Below, in pieces: positions 58,726-64,000 of a stretch of DNA of 64,000 nucleotides. The notes beneath the pieces are model-generated. The model saw nothing but the letters and a program-made list of their open reading frames with translations, was not told where the DNA came from and did no database searches. Origin of the DNA: an uncultured Desulfobacterales bacterium (GTDB taxonomy: Bacteria; Desulfobacterota; Desulfobacteria; Desulfobacterales; SpSt-501); contig CALIUY010000012.1 of NCBI GenBank assembly GCA_938048455.1, forward strand, positions 154,538-218,537, read 5' to 3'. The number at the start of each line of letters is the position of its first letter. Within the stretch, counting starts at the first letter, position 1. The translations under genes were made by a program, and so were the position numbers.

Positions 58726-58754
58726 ATTTTAACCCACAAGATATAGAGTTGCAA
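58726..58754 (-). promoter_or_regulatory. Candidate sigma70 promoter for the KKTTA micro-gene
   Basis: The minus strand reads TTGCAA, 17-nt spacer, TAAAAT, in the most A/T-rich patch of the window. Confidence 0.55.
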
Positions 58755-58804
58755 CTTTTTTTGTGAGCAGCCTGGAAACAGTGTCCGCCCGCGGCCGGGT
58801 ACGC

Positions 58805-58834
58805 TTTACAAACCCGCAGCGACCGTCCTAAGAT
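58805..58834 (+). promoter_or_regulatory. Candidate promoter for hutH
   Basis: TTTACA, 18-nt spacer, TAAGAT, with AAGGAGG at 58854-58860 ahead of the ATG at 58873. Confidence 0.4.
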
Positions 58835-58872
58835 CGACCCGCATGAGCGCCACAAGGAGGCAGGGATTGTCC

Positions 58873-60402
58873 ATGGGTGAGCTGATCGTCGGCGAAGCGC
58901 CGCTTTCGATCGAGGATCTGGTGACGCTTGCGCGGCGGAAGCCGCGTCTTGGCCTTTCCCCCGCGGCCGCGGAAAAGATCCGCGCCAGCCGCGCTTTGCT
59001 CGAGGGCTGGATCCGGGAAGGGCGGAAGATTTACGGGATGACGACCGGTTTCGGCGCGTTGAGCGATGTCGCCATTTCGACCGCGGACGCCGAACGGCTG
59101 CAGGAGAACATCCTCATGAGCCATGCCGCGGGCGTGGGCTCGCCCCTCGACGAGGAAACCGTTCGGGCCGTGATCGGCCTGCGCGTGCGCGAGTTCGCCC
59201 TCGGGCACGCGGGGCTGCGCCTCGAGACCGTCGAGCGGCTGGTCGAGCTTTTCAACCGCGGCATCGTCCCGGTCGTTCCCGAGAAAGGATCCGTCGGGGC
59301 AAGCGGCGATCTGGCGCCGCTCGCCCATCTGGGGCTCGTGCTGATCGGCCGCGGCGAGGCCTGGGTCGAGGGACGCCGCCTCGGCGGCCATGAGGCGCTC
59401 GCCGCCTGCGGCCTCGAGCCGCTGCGGCTCGGGGCGGGCGAGGGGCTTGCCCTGGTGAACGGAACCGCGGTCATGACGGCGATCGGTGCGCTTGCCGTGC
59501 ACGACGCCAGCCGGCTCGCGCGGCTGATCGATCTTGCCGCCGCGATGAGCCTCGAGGTGCTCATGGGCAGCCGCATGGAATTCAACCCGCGCATCCATGC
59601 CCTGCGGCCTCACCCCGGGCAGGTCGCCTCCGCCGCGAACCTCGAGCGCATCACCCGCGGCAGCGAAATCATCTCCTCCCACCGCGACTGCTCGCGCATC
59701 CAGGACGCTTACACTTTGCGCTGCTCGCCGCAGGTCCACGGGGCGAGCCGCGATGCGATCGCCCACGCCCGGCGCGTGCTGGAGATCGAAATGAACGCGG
59801 CCACGGGCAACCCGCTTTTCTTCGGCGACACTTCCGAGTTTCTGCTCGGGGGCAATTTTCACGGGCAGCCGATCGCGCTGGCGCTCGATTTTCTGGGGAT
59901 CGCCGCCGCCGAGCTCGCCGACGTCTCCGAGCGGCGCATCGAGCGGCTCGTCAACCCGCAGCTGAGCGGGCTGCCCGCCTTCCTCGTGCGCGACGGCGGG
60001 CTCAATTCCGGCTTCATGATCGCTCAGTACACCGCCGCCGCCCTGGTCTCCGAAAACAAGGTTCTCGCTCACCCGGCGAGCGTCGATTCGATTCCCACCT
60101 CGGCGAACAAAGAAGACCACGTGTCCATGGGCACGATCGCCGCGCGCCAGTGCCGGCAGATCGTCGATCACGCCGAGCACGTGGTGGCGATCGAGTTGCT
60201 TTGTGCGGCCCAGGCGCTCGATCTCTTCACCAACCTGAAGGCCGGGGAGGGCACCCGTGCCGCCTACCGCGTGATCCGCGAGGCGGTCCCGCCGCTTGAG
60301 CGGGACCGGGTGCTCGCCGACGACATCGCCGCCGTCCTGCGGCTGATGCGCAGCGGCGCCATCTTGCAGGCCGTCGAAGAAGCGATCGGGCCGCTCGTCT
60401 GA
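58873..60402 (+). CDS. hutH: Histidine ammonia-lyase
   Basis: GASGDLAPLAH (MIO-forming Ala-Ser-Gly). The start at 58873 is preferred because of the AGGAGG upstream. The ORF track starts at 58843. Confidence 0.9.
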   Translation: MGELIVGEAPLSIEDLVTLARRKPRLGLSPAAAEKIRASRALLEGWIREGRKIYGMTTGFGALSDVAISTADAERLQENILMSHAAGVGSPLDEETVRAVIGLRVREFALGHAGLRLETVERLVELFNRGIVPVVPEKGSVGASGDLAPLAHLGLVLIGRGEAWVEGRRLGGHEALAACGLEPLRLGAGEGLALVNGTAVMTAIGALAVHDASRLARLIDLAAAMSLEVLMGSRMEFNPRIHALRPHPGQVASAANLERITRGSEIISSHRDCSRIQDAYTLRCSPQVHGASRDAIAHARRVLEIEMNAATGNPLFFGDTSEFLLGGNFHGQPIALALDFLGIAAAELADVSERRIERLVNPQLSGLPAFLVRDGGLNSGFMIAQYTAAALVSENKVLAHPASVDSIPTSANKEDHVSMGTIAARQCRQIVDHAEHVVAIELLCAAQALDLFTNLKAGEGTRAAYRVIREAVPPLERDRVLADDIAAVLRLMRSGAILQAVEEAIGPLV

Positions 60403-60452
60403 AACGGACCGATCGGCGTCGCCGCGGGCGGGGGCTGGGGGGTTCCCGACCG

Positions 60453-60481
60453 TTGACAGCCCGGGGGGCATTCCCTATAGT
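60453..60481 (+). promoter_or_regulatory. Near-consensus sigma70 promoter upstream of the SHMT-family gene
   Basis: TTGACA, 17-nt spacer, TATAGT, giving a GC-rich leader of about 100 nt. Confidence 0.6.
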
Positions 60482-60587
60482 CGCATCCCCGCCGCCCGGC
60501 GCCGCCGCCGTGCCGGATTCCCCCGCCGGTCGCGAAATTCCCCGACGCCTGCGGGCCGAGCGGACTTCCCCGGAAACGAAAGCACCC

Positions 60588-61880
60588 ATGTACGCCAAGA
60601 AAATCGCCGTCGTCGAAGAGTGGGTCCGCCGCCAGGAGCTCTGGCGCGGACAGTGCCTCAACCTGATCGCCAGCGAAAACGTCTTGAGCCGCCGCGCCCG
60701 CGCCGTCGGCGCCTCGGATTTCGCCCACCGCTACGCGGAGGGCCATCCCGGCGAGCGCTACTACCGCGGCACCGGCTACATCGACGAGATCGAAACCCAG
60801 CTCGAGGCGCACCTGAAGATCCTTTTCGGCTGCACCCACTGCGAAGTGCGGCCGGTGAGCGGGACGAACGCCAACGAGGCCGTCTTCAGCCGCTTCGTCG
60901 CTCCCGGCGACGTCGTGCTGGTGAACTCGACCCCCGGCGGCGGCCACATCAGCCACCACCGCCTCGGCTCCCTCGGCAAGTTCACCCGCAACATCGTCGA
61001 TTTCCCCCTCACCCCCGACGGCTACCACATCGACATCGAGCGCACCGCGTTTCTGATCGAGTCGGTCCGGCCGAAGCTCATCGTCCTCGGCAAAAGCCTC
61101 TTTCTTTTCCCCGAGCCGGTCGCCGAGCTGGCCGAGATCTGCCGCCGCACGCGCACGCGCATCGTCTACGATGCGGCCCACGTGCTCGGTCTGATCGCCG
61201 GCAAACGCTTCCAGAACCCGCTCGCCGAAGGCGCCTGGGTCGTGACCGCAAGCACGCACAAGACCTACTTCGGCAGCCAGCGCGGGGTCATCCTGAGCAA
61301 CATGGAAGAAGAGGAGTGGCGCCAGATCGACCGCGGGGCTTTTCCCGGCTCCTCGAGCAACCACCACCTGGACACGCTCGCCCAACTCGCCGTCAGCACC
61401 TACGAGATGATGGATTTCGCCGAAGCCTACGCCGACCAGACGATCCGCAACGCGCGTTCGCTCGCCGCGGCCCTCGACCGGCTGGGCTTCGATGTCCAGG
61501 GCCGCGAATTCGGTTATACCGAAAGCCACCAGGTCGCGGTCAACGTGAAGGCCTTCGGCGGCGGGGAAACCGTCTCGCGCCGCCTCGAGGCGAACGACAT
61601 CATTCTCAACATGAACATGCTGCCTCACGAACCGCTGCGGAACCACGACCGCCCCGAGGGCATCCGCCTGGGCGTCCAGGAGATGACGCGCTTCGGGATG
61701 CGCGAGCCGGAAATGGAGGAAATCGCCCGTCTGATCCACGCCTGCGTCGTCGGGCGCCGGGACGTGAAGGAAGAGGTGAACCGTTTCCGCTCCCGCTTCA
61801 CCGCGGTCGGCTTCAGCTATGACGAGCTGGAGGAATGCCCGGCTTCGGCCGAGGCCCGCCGCCCGGCGGTCCGGGGGTAG
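60588..61880 (+). CDS. glyA: Serine hydroxymethyltransferase family protein (divergent, archaeal-like type)
   Basis: ATG at 60588. LIASENVLS, HRYAEGHPGERYY and the PLP-lysine motif ASTHKTYFG. Confidence 0.8.
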   Translation: MYAKKIAVVEEWVRRQELWRGQCLNLIASENVLSRRARAVGASDFAHRYAEGHPGERYYRGTGYIDEIETQLEAHLKILFGCTHCEVRPVSGTNANEAVFSRFVAPGDVVLVNSTPGGGHISHHRLGSLGKFTRNIVDFPLTPDGYHIDIERTAFLIESVRPKLIVLGKSLFLFPEPVAELAEICRRTRTRIVYDAAHVLGLIAGKRFQNPLAEGAWVVTASTHKTYFGSQRGVILSNMEEEEWRQIDRGAFPGSSSNHHLDTLAQLAVSTYEMMDFAEAYADQTIRNARSLAAALDRLGFDVQGREFGYTESHQVAVNVKAFGGGETVSRRLEANDIILNMNMLPHEPLRNHDRPEGIRLGVQEMTRFGMREPEMEEIARLIHACVVGRRDVKEEVNRFRSRFTAVGFSYDELEECPASAEARRPAVRG

Positions 61881-61922
61881 CCGGCTGCGGGGCCGCAGGA
61901 TGTTTCCCCCAGGATCCCGCGG

Positions 61923-62810
61923 GTGAATCGCACGTCGCTCTCCGCCGACTTCCTGCTTCTGCTCACCGCCGCCCTCTGGGGCTTCGGCTTCGTCGCGCAG
62001 CGGCTGGGCATGGACCACGTGGGTCCCTTCACTTACAACGGCTTCCGCTTCGGCCTGGGGACCCTGACCCTGCTTCCCCTGCTGCTTCGCGCGCGGGGAA
62101 AGGTTCCCCCGCCCGCCCTCCGGCTCGCACCGGGCAGACGGCTCTGCGGAGTGCTCGCCCTGGGGGCGGTGCTCTTCGGTGCCGCCTCGCTCCAGCAGGT
62201 CGCGCTGCTTTCGACGACGGCGGGAAAGGCGGGATTCATCACCGGACTCTATGTGGTCATCGTTCCCTGGCTCGGTCTTCTCTGGCGGCAGCCCCTGCTT
62301 CCTGCGACCGCGCTGGGCGCGCTTCTCGCCGCCGCCGGCCTCTATCTGCTGTCGGTGACCGCCTCCTTCAGCCTCGAACCCGGGGACGGGTTGCTGCTTC
62401 TGAGCGCGTTTTTCTGGAGCGCCCAGGTGCTGCTGGTCGCCTGGCTCGCCCCGCGTTCGCGGCCGGTGGAGCTCGCCGGCGCGCAGTTTTCCATTTGCGC
62501 GATCCTTTCGCTCGCCGTGGCCGCAGCCTGCGAGACGGTCACCCCGGCAGCGCTTCTTGCCGCCGCGGGCCCGATCCTTTACGGCGGCATTTTCTCCGTG
62601 GGCGTGGCCTTCACGCTTCAGGTCGTGGCGCAGCAGCGCGCGCACCCGGCCCATGCCTCGATCCTGATGAGTCTCGAGGCCCTCTTCGCCGCCCTGGGAG
62701 GCTATCTGCTGCTCGAAGAGCGGCTCACCCCTCGGGCGCTCGTCGGCTGCGGGTTGATGCTCGCCGGCATGATCCTTTCGCAACGGGGCGGGCGCCGCGA
62801 AAGGCCGTGA
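61923..62810 (+). CDS. DMT-superfamily (EamA-like) transporter
   Basis: GTG start. 295 aa with 10 predicted TM helices in two EamA-like halves. Confidence 0.8.
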   Translation: MNRTSLSADFLLLLTAALWGFGFVAQRLGMDHVGPFTYNGFRFGLGTLTLLPLLLRARGKVPPPALRLAPGRRLCGVLALGAVLFGAASLQQVALLSTTAGKAGFITGLYVVIVPWLGLLWRQPLLPATALGALLAAAGLYLLSVTASFSLEPGDGLLLLSAFFWSAQVLLVAWLAPRSRPVELAGAQFSICAILSLAVAAACETVTPAALLAAAGPILYGGIFSVGVAFTLQVVAQQRAHPAHASILMSLEALFAALGGYLLLEERLTPRALVGCGLMLAGMILSQRGGRRERP

Positions 62811-63550
62811 GCGTGAACGGAAACACCGACCCGCGGGAGATCGCCCGCTTCGCCGCCCGGGCCGATTCGTGGTGGGACCCCGCCGGGCCCTTTCGTGCGC
62901 TCCATGCGATCAACGAACTGCGTCTCGCGTTTATCGCCGCGCGCACCCCGCTGGCCGGCCGCACGGTGCTCGATGTCGGCTGCGGCGGAGGGATCCTCGC
63001 CGAGGCTCTCGCCCGCCGGGGGGCCCGGGTCACCGGCATCGACGCTTCCCCCGAGGCGGTCGCGGCCGCCCGCCGGCATGCGGCGGTCTCGGCTTTGGCG
63101 ATCGACTACCGGGTGGGGACCGCCGAGGCCTTCGCCGCGGAATCGGGGCGGAGCTTCGATGCCGTCACCTGCATGGAGCTTCTCGAGCACGTACCGCGGC
63201 CGGCCGAGGTCGTGCAAGCCTGCGGCGCCCTCGTCCGTCCCGGCGGCGACGTCTTTTTCGCGACCCTGAACCGCCATCCGCAGGCCTTTGTCTTCGCCAT
63301 CCTCGGGGCCGAATGGCTGCTCGGCCTGGTCGCCCGGGGGACGCACCGCTACAGAAAATTCGTCCGCCCCGCGGAGCTGGGCACTTTCTGCCGCCGCGCG
63401 GGACTTCAGCCCGCCGACTTCTGCGGCCTGCACTACCATCCCTTCACGCGGCGTTTCCGCTCGGGGGGACACACGCGGGTGAACTACATGCTCCACGCCC
63501 GCCGTCCCGCCGCGCCGAAGTCGGCCGCGGAGGAGGGGAGGAACCGATGA
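62807..63550 (+). CDS. ubiG: Ubiquinone biosynthesis O-methyltransferase UbiG
   Basis: GTG at 62807 overlaps the upstream stop. FAARADSWWDPAGPFRALHAINELR (UbiG N-terminal pattern) and LDVGCGGGIL. Confidence 0.85.
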   Translation: MSVNGNTDPREIARFAARADSWWDPAGPFRALHAINELRLAFIAARTPLAGRTVLDVGCGGGILAEALARRGARVTGIDASPEAVAAARRHAAVSALAIDYRVGTAEAFAAESGRSFDAVTCMELLEHVPRPAEVVQACGALVRPGGDVFFATLNRHPQAFVFAILGAEWLLGLVARGTHRYRKFVRPAELGTFCRRAGLQPADFCGLHYHPFTRRFRSGGHTRVNYMLHARRPAAPKSAAEEGRNR

Positions 63551-64000
63551 GCCAGGTTTGGTTTCGGAAAGCCTTCGTCCTGCTGCTTCTCGTTTCGCTC
63601 TCCGGCCTGTTGCTGGCGATGTTGCGGCCCTTTCTTCTGGGGATCGCGCTCTCCGCCCTGTTCGCCGCGCTCACGAAACCGCTTCACCGCCGCCTGACGC
63701 GGCGTTTCGGCGGCAGACCGCGGCTTGCGGCGCTCGTCGCGTTGCTGCTGGTGCTCCTGCTGGGGATCGTGCCGCTGGCTCTCCTGGTGGGGGCCGTGAC
63801 CGCCGAGGCGATCAAGATCAGCCAGGCCGTCAAGCCCTGGATCCAGCGGCAGCTTTCCTCGCCAGCCGAGTTCGGCGAGACCCTCAAGCGGCTTCCCCTC
63901 GTGGAGCCCCTGACGCCCTACCGCGAGACGATCCTGTTGCGGGCGGGAGAGCTCGTCGGGCGGCTGAGCGGCTTTCTGATCGAAAGCCTCTCTTCGGTCA
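63547..64000 (+). CDS. AI-2E (PerM/YhhT) family transporter, 5' part (runs off the window)
   Basis: ATG at 63547 overlaps the ubiG stop (ATGA). The frame is open to the window end. It translates to MSQVWFRKAFVLLLLVSLSGLLLAMLRPFLLGIALSALFAALTKPLHRRL..., with TM helices typical of the family. Confidence 0.65.
   Translation, partial: MSQVWFRKAFVLLLLVSLSGLLLAMLRPFLLGIALSALFAALTKPLHRRLTRRFGGRPRLAALVALLLVLLLGIVPLALLVGAVTAEAIKISQAVKPWIQRQLSSPAEFGETLKRLPLVEPLTPYRETILLRAGELVGRLSGFLIESLSSV

Noticed and set aside
58700-58760. Possible dif/Xer site or origin-like element in the most A/T-rich patch (near parCE-type chromosome functions)
   Set aside because: There is only a loose resemblance to the XerD arm (GTTAAAAT versus GTTAAAT), with no convincing 11-6-11 architecture. 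The sequence is better explained as the -35 and -10 elements of the micro-gene promoter. A lone DnaA-box-like AAATCCACA near 46520 is also insufficient.
60482-60587. ZTP (pfl) riboswitch upstream of the glyA-like gene
   Set aside because: Fragments such as GGTCGCGAAA and CGCCTGCGGGC are only superficially similar to the conserved ZTP elements. I could not reconstruct the pseudoknotted two-domain architecture, so this is kept only as an unassigned leader.
60264-62783. 839-aa minus-strand ORF
   Set aside because: It runs antisense across the SHMT-family and EamA genes, is Arg/Gly/Glu-rich, and has no recognisable domain.

Overview
High-GC, densely coding bacterial chromosomal segment with about 63 protein genes on both strands. 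I found no rRNA, tRNA, CRISPR array, transposase, integrase or prophage genes. All family assignments come from reading motifs in the supplied translations; no database search was run.

Gene content in order:
- 3' end of a multihaem cytochrome c, then a cbb3-type oxidase locus: ccoN, a ccoO fused to an extra c-type domain, a ccoS-like gene, two tiny membrane ORFs, a monohaem cytochrome c, and the ccoI P-type ATPase.
- A Tat-signal dienelactone hydrolase, then ftsH.
- A quinone-related cluster: ubiE/menG, a second methyltransferase, a cytochrome b5-DUF2231 fusion, a UbiA-type prenyltransferase and a DsbD_2/TauE-like protein.
- A minus-strand array: RND adaptor, RND pump, an 85-aa ORF, a class II fumarase-like lyase and a zinc-ribbon ORF.
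- A TAXI-TRAP transporter next to a tryptophanase/tyrosine phenol-lyase family gene.
- ssb, parE and parC.
- A 3-hydroxyacyl-CoA dehydrogenase and tatA.
- A MetE/UROD-like, MoxR AAA+ and VWA operon.
- A DUF4139 protein with a small secreted protein, then tatD and nfnAB-like genes.
- An HD hydrolase, prfB (with its canonical +1 frameshift site) and lnt.
- An ECF sigma, anti-sigma and DUF3106 module.
- An ATP-grasp, GH17 and DUF192 group, then a beta-CASP nuclease.
- An MFS, DUF1786-like and MaoC group facing a PflX-like radical SAM gene.
- A folate-dependent histidine-utilisation locus (hutH, hutI, split FtcD) that encloses a 42-aa lysine-rich tandem-repeat micro-gene.
- An SHMT-family gene, an EamA transporter, ubiG and the start of an AI-2E transporter.

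No unambiguous new system stands out. The best leads are the MetE-like/MoxR/VWA operon, the non-canonical cbb3 locus with orphan membrane ORFs, the DUF1786/MaoC/PflX neighbourhood, the KKTTA micro-gene with its own promoter and terminator, and a 360-bp A/T-richer non-coding island.

Many very long ORFs in the six-frame track are off-frame or antisense shadows typical of high-GC DNA, and I rejected them.
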